Source of the DNA: Cyanobacteriota bacterium
Lineage (GTDB): Bacteria; Cyanobacteriota; Cyanobacteriia; Cyanobacteriales; Nostocaceae
Assembly (NCBI GenBank): GCA_046045965.1
Contig: JBJOKS010000012.1
Coordinates: 64,001-128,000, forward strand
DNA: 64,000 nucleotides
Direction of reading: 5' to 3'
Shown in pieces: positions 41,688 to 53,100 of this stretch. A program made the position numbers and the translations under genes. Below the pieces are notes generated by a model. The model was not told the origin of the DNA. It did not search any database and worked only from the letters and a program-made list of their open reading frames with translations. How positions within the stretch are numbered: position 1 is the first letter of the stretch; each line of letters begins with the position of its first letter.

Positions 41688-42707
41688 ATGGCAATTAATC
41701 TACAACAAGCAATTGATATCGGAAAGTATTTAGTGACGCAACGTCTGTTAGGACGTAAACGCTTCCCATTAGTATTGATGTTAGAACCTCTTTTTCGTTG
41801 TAATTTAGCTTGTTCTGGTTGTGGAAAAATCCAACATCCTACAGAAGTTCTCAAACAAAATCTTACCCCAGAACAGTGTTTTGCAGCAGTAGAAGAATGT
41901 GGCGCACCTGTGGTTTCTATTCCCGGAGGAGAACCGTTATTACATCCACAAATTGATGAAATTGTTAGAGGTTTAGTAGAACGCAAGAAATATGTTTACT
42001 TGTGTACCAATGGTTTGTTGTTAGAAAAAAGTCTCCATAAATTTCAACCTTCTCCTTATCTAAGTTTCAGCGTTCATTTAGATGGAATGCGGGAATGGCA
42101 TGATAAATGTGTAGATAGAAAAGGCGTTTTTGATGTCGCTGTGCAAGCGATTCGCGCAGCTAAAGACAAAGGTTTTCGTGTCACTACCAACTCGACTATT
42201 TTTGAAGGTTGCGATGTCAAAGAAATGCAGGAATTTTTTGATTTTCTCGATACTTTAAAAGTTGATGGAATGATGATTTCTCCTGGTTACAGTTATGAAT
42301 GGGCCCCAGATCAGGATCATTTTCTGCAACGAGAACAAACCCGCGCTTTATTTAGAGAAATTCTGGCACCTTACACATCTGGAAAGAAAAACTGGAACTT
42401 TAATCACAACCCATTATTTTTAGATTTTCTCATTGGAGAGAAAGACTATGAATGCACTCCTTGGGGTAGTCCTAGTTATAGTGTTTTGGGTTGGCAAAAA
42501 CCCTGTTATTTGTTGAATGAAGGTTATTATCAAACTTTCCAAGAATTGTTAGATGAGACTGATTGGAGTAAGTACGGACGCGCTAGTGGTAATCCTAAAT
42601 GTGCTGATTGTATGGTGCATTGTGGTTATGAACCAACCGCAGCGATGGATGCGATGCAACCGCAAAATATAGTCCGTTCTATGGGGACTGTGTTTGGTAG
42701 GGGGTAA
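41688..42707 (+). CDS. hpnH: Adenosyl-hopene transferase HpnH (radical SAM)
   Basis: [40 protein letters not shown]. Confidence 0.95.
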   Translation: MAINLQQAIDIGKYLVTQRLLGRKRFPLVLMLEPLFRCNLACSGCGKIQHPTEVLKQNLTPEQCFAAVEECGAPVVSIPGGEPLLHPQIDEIVRGLVERKKYVYLCTNGLLLEKSLHKFQPSPYLSFSVHLDGMREWHDKCVDRKGVFDVAVQAIRAAKDKGFRVTTNSTIFEGCDVKEMQEFFDFLDTLKVDGMMISPGYSYEWAPDQDHFLQREQTRALFREILAPYTSGKKNWNFNHNPLFLDFLIGEKDYECTPWGSPSYSVLGWQKPCYLLNEGYYQTFQELLDETDWSKYGRASGNPKCADCMVHCGYEPTAAMDAMQPQNIVRSMGTVFGRG

Positions 42708-42717
42708 TTTGAAAGTT

Positions 42718-42822
42718 GTCTGAATCAGGATGATCAGGATTCATGGATTTACAGGATGAAGGATGAATTTATTAATACTCAATCTTGTTAATTTTCACAT
42801 CTAGGAAATCCTGATTCAGACA
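42718..42822. mobile_element. MITE-like element, TIR TGTCTGAATCAGGAT/ATCCTGATTCAGACA
   Basis: Terminal inverted repeats of about 15 bp; same family as the ends of the 36-kb and 40-kb repeats. Confidence 0.8.
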
Positions 42823-43319
42823 TTTAAATTCATCATCATCTCGTAAGTTGCAACCTTAAATCCATTAGCTTCAAATAACTGCTTCGCAAACTCGTTTTGT
42901 GCTGCAACTTGAAGGAGCAATACTTGTGAGCCTAACTTTTTTGCCGCATTTATTGAAGCATCCAACAGCAATTTCCCTGCTCCCAGTCCCCGCGCCGATT
43001 GATCAATATATATATCATGAAGCCATACTGATTCAGGTGCAATATCAACAAAACTGCTTTCTTCCAATCTTATAAATGAATAACCAACAATTTCATTTTC
43101 TACTTCCACAACTAACACAACTGCTTTGGGATTGACAATTTCTTCAGCAAAAAAATCAAAAAGCTGTTGTTCATGATTTTCAAATTCAACAAATCTGAAA
43201 GGATTGAAATTTTGATGTTGATGAACTAGTTTAATGGCGTACTTTGTCACGTCTTGATGATCATCTCTAGTTGCTTTTCTAATTGTAATATTTGACTTTT
43301 TCATGTTTTCGATTTGCAT
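42816..43319 (-). CDS. GNAT family N-acetyltransferase
   Basis: IRKAT, ARGLGAGKLLL, QNEFAKQLFEANGF. Confidence 0.88.
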   Translation of the reverse strand: MQIENMKKSNITIRKATRDDHQDVTKYAIKLVHQHQNFNPFRFVEFENHEQQLFDFFAEEIVNPKAVVLVVEVENEIVGYSFIRLEESSFVDIAPESVWLHDIYIDQSARGLGAGKLLLDASINAAKKLGSQVLLLQVAAQNEFAKQLFEANGFKVATYEMMMNLNV

Positions 43320-43615
43320 AACTTCCTGATGTACTCAATGTTTGTCTTACTGTTAACACTAACTTAGAAAAAAGCTACAAAACAATTTTTAGATTATTTA
43401 AAAATTTACCTAACTGAAAAAATCTATAGTTTTAATTATGATGATTGAATATTCAGTATTTAAGTTGCGATCGCCAAAATTACACTATAATTCCACTATA
43501 TGATATCATATTATAATTACATTCATTATATAATAGGTAACGAGAAACGATAACAATATAATAAGTCATCATTTAATATCTACTTTCATCAGCTAACTTA
43601 CAGAATATCGAAAAA

Positions 43616-43990
43616 ATGACAGAAGCTAAAAACGTACTTGGTACAAAACTAGAACTTTGCTGCACATCTCCCATGACTGGCTATTATCGCGATGGGTTAT
43701 GTAATACAGGAGGGCAAGATTTTGGAATGCACGTTGTTTGCGCTCAAGTAACAGCAGACTTTTTAGATTATACAAAATCTCAAGGAAATGATTTAAGTAC
43801 ACCTGCACCTCAGTTTAACTTTCCCGGCTTAAAACCTGGAGACTGTTGGTGTTTATGTGCAGCCAGATGGCAAGAAGCCTTAGAAAATGGTGTTGCACCT
43901 CCAGTTGTGCTAGAAGCTACTCATGCTAGAGCTTTAGAAGCTTGTAATTTAGAGGATTTGCAAAAACATCGTGTAATTCGTAATTCATAA
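43616..43990 (+). CDS. DUF2237 family protein
   Basis: NVLG...PMTGYYRDGLC, GNDLSTP, GLKPGDCWCLCAARW. Confidence 0.9.
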   Translation: MTEAKNVLGTKLELCCTSPMTGYYRDGLCNTGGQDFGMHVVCAQVTADFLDYTKSQGNDLSTPAPQFNFPGLKPGDCWCLCAARWQEALENGVAPPVVLEATHARALEACNLEDLQKHRVIRNS

Positions 43991-44111
43991 TTCATATAAG
44001 ATTCCCGAATTCTGTGAGAAGTCGGGAATTTTGTCCTTTTGATTTATGGCTACAGCGGCAAAAGTTACATAAATCAAATAGGATGTAGGATGGCTATATC
44101 TTCAAAGACAT

Positions 44112-44942
44112 TTAACCAGCTTTGACATTGACATCCATAAAGTTTTCAATCAAAGCATAAACATCGCTACGGCTAAGTTTTTCCTTACCATTAGCCAAAG
44201 CATCAAGAGTACCATGAGCTAAAGCCAAAGGAATTTGACAGAACTGCAAAGCAGGTCCAGGCGGTAGAGAGTTAGTATAACAATCAGCCAAGGCCAGATT
44301 ACGACGAGCATATTCTTGGAGATGATCGTGATTCCAACCTTCGGGAAAAAAGCTTACACCACGGGTTAAATCTTCAGTATTATTGCGGAGAATATTTACA
44401 GATTGTAAACCTCGACCAAAACCAATCGCTTGAGTGCGGTTAGTTTCAGTTCCATCGTACCAAGACCATAAATCTGAGAGTAAGAGGCCTACAGCACCTG
44501 CCACCCCAAATGTGTAACGATCTAAATCCGATTCTGTTTCAATTTTCCAGTTTCTTTCTGCCCAAAAAGCCATCCTATCAGCCATTGCTGCTGTGGCATC
44601 CCAAATGCGAGGTGCAATGCTCTCAGGTGCTAGAATTGACCATTCTCTTACCCGTAGACTCACTTCTGCTAAAGAATCTTCATAGCCTTTAAATCCTACA
44701 GCAAAAGCATCTACCGCAAAACCATCAACCCCTGCTTGTAATGTCTGGCTAATATTTCGCAACAGATGTGCTTTGGTAGCATTATCCAATTCTGGATGAT
44801 CTTCAATTTCATCAATGGCACGCATACACAAGTAGGCTGATGCCACAGCTTCTTGCAACCCTGACGGTAAAATACTGATGGGTATATAAAAAGTTCGACT
44901 AGTTTCTTTGAGGATTTGCAAGGCATCTTGGCGTAAATCCAT
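44112..44942 (-). CDS. Squalene/phytoene synthase family protein (probable squalene synthase)
   Basis: TSRTF, YLCMRAIDEIED, YTFGVAGAVG, LQSVNILR; near hpn genes; RBS GAGAGGAG before the ATG at 44942. Confidence 0.9.
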   Translation of the reverse strand: MDLRQDALQILKETSRTFYIPISILPSGLQEAVASAYLCMRAIDEIEDHPELDNATKAHLLRNISQTLQAGVDGFAVDAFAVGFKGYEDSLAEVSLRVREWSILAPESIAPRIWDATAAMADRMAFWAERNWKIETESDLDRYTFGVAGAVGLLLSDLWSWYDGTETNRTQAIGFGRGLQSVNILRNNTEDLTRGVSFFPEGWNHDHLQEYARRNLALADCYTNSLPPGPALQFCQIPLALAHGTLDALANGKEKLSRSDVYALIENFMDVNVKAG

Positions 44943-45440
44943 TATTTCACTCCTCTCTTGATGTTCACACCATACGGGGATTTTTTGATGATACTGGATT
45001 AAGTTTCTACTCAAAAATATGAAAAACTATCTAGTATTTCATCTAAAAATTAATAGCTTATGGTATCCCAATTAACAAAAATCTCAAATCTATCAAATTC
45101 TAGTCTAGTATATAGGCTTTTGGTAACAACCACCTTTTGTTGTCATGGGTGATTTCAGTATTTTTAGTATGAAAAATAACAATTTTATAATAAAATAAGT
45201 GTAGTTGATGCAAAATAAATCTTCAGGATAATGCTTGTGCATTTCCAACAAAGATTCATAAGCTAATATTTTATATTTAAAATAAAAATATAAAATCTAA
45301 TTAAGTAAATCTCTGTACAAACATTTTCAATAACGCCTGTACAGAAGTATTTTTTTGGGTTCACCCTTAACGACAAGACTTTTATGGCTGACGCTTGGCG
45401 TTAGCTATCAGCCAACCCTACTTAAATTGTCTAATTCTGT

Positions 45441-46256
45441 CTACAGTTCACCATGCTTCCGTAACTTCCCTGCTATCACTAAAGTTATACCCACCACCCA
45501 TAAACCTGACATTGATGGTTCAGGAACTTGGGTAATTACCAGTGAAAGCTGATCTGCATAGGCATCATTGACACGACCACGCACATGATTCATGTTTAAA
45601 GTTACATCAATTTGTCGTGAACCAGTGGGAAGAAAACCTTGCAAAGACCTGAATAATAAAGCAGTTGTATTGTTTCTTTCCTCTGGTGTCGGTGATGCAA
45701 TGCTTTGTATACCTAGAGATTGAGAATTTTCATCCAGAAAATTCAAACTCAGTTGCACATTATCCAAATCTGCGCTGTATCCACCTAACCACCCACTCAG
45801 GTCAAAAACCGCTTTACCTGCATCAATAACAGAAGCTAGAGGAGCTACATCAATTAATTGGGAAGCACTGGAAGATGCTCTATCAGCACCCCCAAAAAAT
45901 AAATTATTACCTCTATTTTCAGGACCAGGACTATTAGCATCAGGAAGTCCCCTAACACTGACAGTTTCACCAAAGTTGTTAACAAATTCAAACCCTGTTG
46001 CACCATAGCAAAGCACACTCAAGCTGCCAGTGGTTTGCCAAGCGGGAATACTGGGTATAGCCGAACCCACAGCATTACCAATAGGGTCGCAAGTACCTTG
46101 TTCTCCATTACCATTAACTATTAAATTTTTACCAAGTACCGCTTCTTTTTTGACTACTGTAGCTGCTTGCAAAGAATTACTGCCAAGTAAACTGCATAGT
46201 AATCCTGTGAGCAAAGCAATACTAACTTTGCCCATCTTTTGAGATAGCTGATTCAT
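45441..46256 (-). CDS. PEP-CTERM sorting-domain surface protein
   Basis: Signal peptide; NLIVNGNGE; C-terminal VPEPS + TM + basic tail. Confidence 0.85.
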   Translation of the reverse strand: MNQLSQKMGKVSIALLTGLLCSLLGSNSLQAATVVKKEAVLGKNLIVNGNGEQGTCDPIGNAVGSAIPSIPAWQTTGSLSVLCYGATGFEFVNNFGETVSVRGLPDANSPGPENRGNNLFFGGADRASSSASQLIDVAPLASVIDAGKAVFDLSGWLGGYSADLDNVQLSLNFLDENSQSLGIQSIASPTPEERNNTTALLFRSLQGFLPTGSRQIDVTLNMNHVRGRVNDAYADQLSLVITQVPEPSMSGLWVVGITLVIAGKLRKHGEL

Positions 46257-46282
46257 GAGATAATTTCCTTGTTCTGAAAAGA

Positions 46283-47965
46283 TTAAAACCGGAATGTAGT
46301 GCGAATGACTCCTGTATAAATAGTGTCGTTATTGCTGTTATGTTCGGGGTTGAAAATTACAACCAAACCAGGAGTAATGGAGATATTACTGTTAACTTGA
46401 TAACGGTATAGCGCCTCTAGATGGTAGGAAGTATCACTATCTAAACGTCGGGGACTGGTTGCAGTGGGAACTGCTAGACCAAAATCATTACTTGTAACTT
46501 TTGGCGGTTGACCAAAAATAATTCCTGCCAAGTTACCTTTTTTACCTAAATCGGGGAAACCTAAAGTTACAGCCCAGTTCCAAATGTCTGCTGTATCGCC
46601 TCTGTCAACATTTGTGGCATTATTTTCTGCGATCGCCTGAGTATAACCCACCCAGCCAGAAAGTACAAATTGGGGACTAAAACGATAGCTGGTTTGTAAC
46701 CCATAATGATTAGCAGAAGTAGAAACACCACCACCAAAAGGACTATTAGCAAAAACGCTACCCTCAGCACCAGAAACACTGACATCTCCAGCCACAGCAC
46801 CACTAAAATAAGAATGGGCATAAGCTAACGCTAAAGTCAAATTTTGATGAGGTTGGAAAGCTAATTGTGCTAAAGCGCCATAAGTACCATCAAACAAACC
46901 GCGACTTTCATCCGGGTTATCAGCATTTCTGGCCAAATAACCACCAGATAAACTAATTTTGTCACTCAGTTTAAAAACCGCACTCACCCCAGAACCTCTA
47001 CTACTAGCTAAACCAGTATTACTAGCGCGGTAAATAGGTGCAAAGCGTCCAAACCGAGAAACAGCACCAGTTGTAGCTGCGGAAAATAAAGGGTTAACAG
47101 TATTGAAATTGTCAAAAAATGAACCACCAATAGCATCTACAGTCACATTGACCTTATCACCTACCGGGAAGTTGTAGAACAATTTGCCAACTTCTACTCT
47201 GTTATCAGCATTAACTGTTGTATCCCACCCTAAACGAGTCATTTGCGTACCAGAAACAGCACCATTAAAGGCAATAGTGTTGTTAGCTTTTAATATGAGT
47301 CGTAAGCGGTCTTTACCACTAAAACTGGTATCAAAGATGAGGCGCACACGGTCAGAGAAAATTGTATTATCTTGTAAACTGCTGCGTGCTGGAGTTGGTG
47401 TTGTTCTCCACTGGTCTGAATTCAGTGGTCTATCTCCACCAAAAACACCGCCCAATGCAAAAATTACATCGCCACTCAATTTGGTAGTTGTCGAAAATTG
47501 TTCAGTTTCCAAAACAGCAGTCCGACTTTCTAAACTATCCAACCTTCCCCGCAATTCTACTAAACCATCAGCATATTCTTGTTGTAATTTTTGCAGAATT
47601 TCCAAGTCTTCTTTCTTAACCACATCAGCCGTACTCGTGGCAATTAATTCTTGAACCCTGTTCAGACAAGCATTTAAACCAGCAGCAAACTCATAGCGAG
47701 TCATAGCTCGATTACCCCGGAAGCTACTGTTAGGGTATCCAGCAATACAACCATATCTCTCTACTAAAGATTGCAAAGCTTGAAAAGCCCAGTCTGTAGG
47801 TTGTACATCTGCAAGTTGGGAAACAGATGTTACCTGCTCTAAAGTATCTTCTATCTCTGCTGTTTCTGGAGTTGTAGTTTGGGCAATGGCGCTAATCGTA
47901 CTACCTGCAACCAGTAAGGGAGCTATCCAAAATGAATTGCGTAAAAGACGAGACATAGACCTCAC
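46283..47965 (-). CDS. Cyanobacterial porin (SLH + OprB-like beta-barrel)
   Basis: QVTSVSQLADVQPTDWAFQALQSLVERYGCIAGYP, FSTTTKL, terminal RTTFRF. Confidence 0.95.
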   Translation of the reverse strand: MRSMSRLLRNSFWIAPLLVAGSTISAIAQTTTPETAEIEDTLEQVTSVSQLADVQPTDWAFQALQSLVERYGCIAGYPNSSFRGNRAMTRYEFAAGLNACLNRVQELIATSTADVVKKEDLEILQKLQQEYADGLVELRGRLDSLESRTAVLETEQFSTTTKLSGDVIFALGGVFGGDRPLNSDQWRTTPTPARSSLQDNTIFSDRVRLIFDTSFSGKDRLRLILKANNTIAFNGAVSGTQMTRLGWDTTVNADNRVEVGKLFYNFPVGDKVNVTVDAIGGSFFDNFNTVNPLFSAATTGAVSRFGRFAPIYRASNTGLASSRGSGVSAVFKLSDKISLSGGYLARNADNPDESRGLFDGTYGALAQLAFQPHQNLTLALAYAHSYFSGAVAGDVSVSGAEGSVFANSPFGGGVSTSANHYGLQTSYRFSPQFVLSGWVGYTQAIAENNATNVDRGDTADIWNWAVTLGFPDLGKKGNLAGIIFGQPPKVTSNDFGLAVPTATSPRRLDSDTSYHLEALYRYQVNSNISITPGLVVIFNPEHNSNNDTIYTGVIRTTFRF

Positions 47966-47985
47966 ACCTCAAAATCAAAAATTTC

Positions 47986-48002
47986 TACCAAGCAGGTTGG
48001 TA
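47986..48002. promoter_or_regulatory. Palindrome TACCAA-N5-TTGGTA, copy 1 (upstream of porin)
   Basis: TACCAAGCAGGTTGGTA, with an extra half-site TACCAAC at 48012. Confidence 0.55.
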
Positions 48003-48156
48003 AAGTTGCTATACCAACTTAAATACGATTTCATACTGATTCCCGTGATAAATAGTGCGGTATTTATCAATCAGAATTGACATAGTAGTTATATTTAAAG
48101 AATTAATTAAACCTGAAAATATTCATCTAAATTGATATTTAACTTGTAGGATTTAG

Positions 48157-48399
48157 CTAAATATTTAGACGCTTTTTAGAAACTTTTAACTGCTTCCATA
48201 GCCTTTGAATTTGAGTGTAAGCATCCTCTGGAGAAAGTTTACCGTTTGTTTGTAAATTACAGATATAGCTTACTCTCTGGGAAAATTCCTGTAAATTGGC
48301 ATTAAAACTTATATACTCCGGTTTGAACTGACCGTAATATTTATTATGAGGATAAAGAAACTCATGTAAGGTAGTTAAAAAATCTTTATCTAGTGCCAT
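48157..48399 (-). CDS. Small conserved cyanobacterial protein (FLYP...FNANLQEF family)
   Basis: FLYPHNKYYGQFKPE..FNANLQEFSQRVSYICNLQTNGKLSPEDAY; ATG at 48399 preferred. Confidence 0.8.
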   Translation of the reverse strand: MALDKDFLTTLHEFLYPHNKYYGQFKPEYISFNANLQEFSQRVSYICNLQTNGKLSPEDAYTQIQRLWKQLKVSKKRLNI

Positions 48400-48466
48400 A
48401 TTTATTATGGTTATTTGTGTCAAAATGAGAAATATAACAGTGGCAATATTGGGGCAGGTTGAACTT

Positions 48467-48576
48467 AACCAACTTAGTTGGTAAAGACACATTATACCAA
48501 CCTTAAAAGGAAAAATGTATTGTATAATACAATTTTCAGAATAGAGTTATGTAAATATTTACCAACTTACATGGTA
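48467..48576. promoter_or_regulatory. Palindrome copies 2 and 3 flanking an NtcA-type box
   Basis: AACCAACTTAGTTGGTA (48467-83), TGTA-TTGTATAA-TACA (GTA-N8-TAC at 48517-30), TACCAACTTACATGGTA (48560-76). Confidence 0.55.
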
Positions 48577-48620
48577 AAAGCTTGGTAACATTGCAAATCC
48601 TCTACTGAGTATCAATTATT

Positions 48621-49457
48621 ATGAAAGAAAAGTTCTCGAAAACCCTTTTCTCCGTGAAAAGAAGACGATTGATGATGTCAATTGCTACAGCCTTAACCAC
48701 AATGCTGATAGCAATTAGCATCCCAACCCTTACTTCCACTACTTCCACCCCTGTAGTAGCCCAGTCTAATACCAACTTGCTTGTATCTGCGGCTGCAAGT
48801 TTACAAGATGTTCTAGAAGAAATTAAGCCCCTATACCAACAAACCAACCGCAACATCAACATTACTTATAACTTTGGTAGCTCTGGTGCTTTACAGCAAC
48901 AAATAGAACAAGGTGCGCCAGCGGATATGTTTATATCTGCGGCAAAAAGACAGGTAGATGCTTTAGAACAAAAAAATCTTTTAGTTCCTGGTAGTCGTAC
49001 CGTTATTGCTAAAAATCGTTTGGTTTTGGTTGTACCAGGTAATGTTTCTGGTATTAGTAGTTTTTACAATCTCAAAGATGCAAGAGTCAAAAAAGTAGTT
49101 ATTGGTGAACCGAGAAGCGTACCCGCAGGGCAATATGCACAACAGGTATTACAACAATTAAAAATTTGGGACCAGATAAAATCAAAACTGGTTTTTGCTA
49201 ATAACGTGCGTCAAGTTTTAGCATCTGTAGAAAGCGGAAATGCTGATGCTGGTTTAGTTTATTCTACCGATGCGAGAATTTCCAATAAAGTCAAAGTTGT
49301 AGTTGCGGCTGACGAAAAATATCATTCTCCAATTACTTATCCCTTAGCAATACTCAAACGCAGTAAAAACATTGATACAGCTAAAAATTTCTCTCAGTTT
49401 TTAGCTAGTGATAGAGCTAAAGCTGTATTCAAAAAATATGGGTTTATTCTGCCTTAA
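48621..49457 (+). CDS. modA: Molybdate ABC transporter substrate-binding protein
   Basis: SAAASL, NFGSSGALQQQIEQGAPADMFISA, SVPAGQYA, NVRQVL, VYSTDA. Confidence 0.96.
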   Translation: MKEKFSKTLFSVKRRRLMMSIATALTTMLIAISIPTLTSTTSTPVVAQSNTNLLVSAAASLQDVLEEIKPLYQQTNRNINITYNFGSSGALQQQIEQGAPADMFISAAKRQVDALEQKNLLVPGSRTVIAKNRLVLVVPGNVSGISSFYNLKDARVKKVVIGEPRSVPAGQYAQQVLQQLKIWDQIKSKLVFANNVRQVLASVESGNADAGLVYSTDARISNKVKVVVAADEKYHSPITYPLAILKRSKNIDTAKNFSQFLASDRAKAVFKKYGFILP

Positions 49458-49519
49458 TTATTGCTGAAATTAAATTCCTGCATTTTTGATTCCTGGATTT
49501 TTGAATCATGCAGGAATAA

Positions 49520-49675
49520 CAGTTTTTATTTCAGCATCTGCTGAACATTTGACTACTTTACAAAATAAAGGGTTTATTTTAGAAAAAAGTCGTAGGAATT
49601 TACTCAAAAATTCCATAGCTCTAATTGTACCGAAAGATTCCACAGCTATTAAGAGTTTTCAAGATTTAACAAAAC
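49520..49675 (+). pseudogene. Internal fragment of a second modA paralog
   Basis: VFISASAEHLTTLQNKGFILEKSRRNLLKNSIALIVPKDSTAIKSFQDL aligns with ModA MFISAAKRQVDALEQKNLLVPGSRTVIAKNRLVLVVPGNVSGISSFYNL. Confidence 0.7.
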
Positions 49676-49714
49676 CTATGGAAACAAGAATATTATTCTC
49701 ATCAAATATAATCC

Positions 49715-50194
49715 TTAATCTTCGGTAATTTTGATGTGTGCAAATGATTTAGATATCCAGGGAATAGCAATAAAAATTCCTGCTAATACTAATAAAAATA
49801 CAGAAATACCAAAAATTTGGTCACGGGGAATTTCTAGCACACCTCGTAAAATTATTTCTCGTAAAGCAGAAACAATAGTAATTTCTACTGCTGCACCTAC
49901 AGATATACTATGTTCTTGAATGTAATCAACCAAGAGTCTAAATAACTCTACAAGTATCAAGATAAACAAAATATCAGATGTGACTTGTCGTAAATCAAGA
50001 GGATGTAAAAAGGAAAGGAACATATCTCCTAACCTGATTAACATCACACAGAATAAGCTCACGCATAGAGAAATAACAATAATATCTTGAAAAATTTCTA
50101 AATTACGGACAATTCTATCTCGTTTAAACCAACTATTTACTTCTACAAGTATGCGTTTTGGCATAATCGCTCCAGTATATCTATGTTTATCCAT
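49715..50194 (-). CDS. PsiE-family membrane protein
   Basis: ILFILILVELFRLL...EITIVSALREII; four TM helices. Confidence 0.85.
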   Translation of the reverse strand: MDKHRYTGAIMPKRILVEVNSWFKRDRIVRNLEIFQDIIVISLCVSLFCVMLIRLGDMFLSFLHPLDLRQVTSDILFILILVELFRLLVDYIQEHSISVGAAVEITIVSALREIILRGVLEIPRDQIFGISVFLLVLAGIFIAIPWISKSFAHIKITED

Positions 50195-50269
50195 TTTTAT
50201 CTGCGGTAATAAATAACCTTACATGAAAATTCCAATTTGCAATGTTTATCTAGAGCATTAATAAATAGA

Positions 50270-50638
50270 TTATTTTAACCAATTTCTATAAGTAGAGACT
50301 TCACTTACCCTAATTTCCCAAGGTGTAGCGTCAAGAGGAGGACAAAGACGAATAATTGCTCTTTGGGAAAACAGCTTTAATTTTTTGGCAATATCAGGAA
50401 CAGCGTTGAAAATATGCCAATACATTTCTCTATCAGGACAAATAATAATTAAAATTAAAGCACGGGAATTGGTTTTGATACACCATTGACAGTTTGATAA
50501 CAAAACTTGAAGAATGCGACCACACGTGACATAAAAATGTTTGCCAATAACATCTTCTAAAGATTGCAGTAACATTTCATCAAGATATGTAACTTGAGAG
50601 GGTGGTAAATCATCTGGGGGAAGAGAAGATTTATTCAT
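50270..50638 (-). CDS. Hypothetical protein (paralog of 54928-55302)
   Basis: Shares LxPDDLP, C...VLLSxCxW, LxLIxxC, KLKxF and PW with the paralog. Confidence 0.75.
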   Translation of the reverse strand: MNKSSLPPDDLPPSQVTYLDEMLLQSLEDVIGKHFYVTCGRILQVLLSNCQWCIKTNSRALILIIICPDREMYWHIFNAVPDIAKKLKLFSQRAIIRLCPPLDATPWEIRVSEVSTYRNWLK

Positions 50639-50913
50639 GGCTAAAGAAATAGATGTTGAAGTATCAATTCAGTTTGATAGCACCAATAACACTATTAACC
50701 TAAATACAGGAGATAAAAGGAAATGGGAAACACCAGAGTAATTACTCATTCCCTAAAAACCAACCAATACTAGGGAACAAGAGACTAAATTATATAGAGT
50801 TATTTATGCTTTGGAACACAGGAATGAGGTGGGTCAGGTGGACGGAAACAGCCCACCTTTATCCCCTTAACAGAAGCTTTTAGGGCTTCTTTTTTTCAGT
50901 GAAAGCAAATGCA

Positions 50914-51945
<1,032 letters not shown>

Positions 51946-52243
51946 TTACAGTTGTGATGGCGTGTAAAACTATGCGGGAGGCGCACGTTCCACCGCAAAA
52001 ATCCAGAACATATTTATGCTTTTGGTAAGTTTTTGTTGTTTATTAGTTGCTGTTTTTGCTCCATACCTAATGGACAAAAACTAATGACTAATAACTCATA
52101 AATAATAAATAATGTAAGGGTGGGTTGAACTATATTGACGCGGGTTAACCCGCCCCTACAAAAACCAGAAAATGGCTACAGAAGAATTCAGATTTATGCA
52201 AAGTTCCTAAACAAAACAATCAACCAATAATACTAGGACAAAC

Positions 52244-52423
52244 TTACATATTGGCTACAACTTTCCCAATTTAGCTGGTACTATAACCGCCAATAAATTC
52301 TAATTGCCAATGAAATACAGGCGTGTATAGAGTATCTAATAATTCCTATACTGGTGACTCCTCCAGATATTTTTTGAGAATTATTAGGTAGTATCCTCAC
52401 CAACCCAGGATGAAGAATCCCAA
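52244..52423 (-). pseudogene. Decayed 3' remnant of a second VnfR-like regulator
   Basis: Manual translation LGFFILGW*GYYLIILKKYLEESPV*ELLDTLYTPVFHWQLEFIGGYSTS*IGKVVANM* aligns without gaps with the C-terminus of 53260-54423 (LDFIPLHQSRYDLVILKEHLDESPVKQLLSTLDHRLVHSQLEVLGGYDISKIGQIVATI). Confidence 0.85.
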
Positions 52424-52450
52424 ATATCAAAAGCTATGAATAATGTCAAT

Positions 52451-52600
52451 AAGTCTGCCAAAGGAAAAGCACAATTTCTGAATTTGTATTGTTCTTTCAG
52501 GTATTTCGTGCTTTCGCTCTATTGATTCCCTATAAATAAACAATAACACAAACTTCGCTAATTTACTTGCGACGCGCAATTTTTTTTGCAAATTCAGCCA
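52451..52600 (-). promoter_or_regulatory. Conserved promoter/operator and leader, copy A (reads toward nifH)
   Basis: Homologous to 54467-54620: GCTAATTTACTTGC-N3-GCGCAA-T-run, TTGATTCCCT, and an AAGCAC/GTGCTT hairpin. Confidence 0.7.
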
Positions 52601-52890
52601 AGTTATCTGTTGAGGATATATTCAATGCCTATCACTGCAAGCGATTCAGAATTTTTAGATTGAGGGAATTTTTTGAATAATCACAGAACTTAACTGGTCA
52701 AATGCCACAAATAATACAGTTTTTACAACTAATTTGGGTTTTAATACTTTTCAAATTTACAAATAAACTTTGTAGTAAATATAGCAATTTAAGTTAAACA
52801 TAAATTGATTTTGGGTAGGTAAAATACCCACCCTCACAGATTTAGGAATTTATTGTTTATAAATTCCTGAAAACTAAAAATTTACTATTT

Positions 52891-53100
52891 TTAGTCAGTG
52901 GCAATAATAACGTCAGTAGCTTTAATTACGGCATACACCTGACTACCTTCTGTGATTTGCAGATTTTCAGCAGATACTTTGGTAATAATTGAAGTTACTT
53001 CTACTCCAGGAGCAACTTCTATTGTTATTTCGGAATTAACTGTACCAGGTACAACTTTTTTTACAGTACCTTTAAGTGCATTACGGGCGCTAACTTGCAT
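52891..53100 (-). CDS. mop: Molybdenum-binding Mop/TOBE protein (molbindin)
   Basis: MQVSARNALKG...SIIT...AVIKATDV; 69 aa. Confidence 0.93.
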   Translation of the reverse strand: MQVSARNALKGTVKKVVPGTVNSEITIEVAPGVEVTSIITKVSAENLQITEGSQVYAVIKATDVIIATD

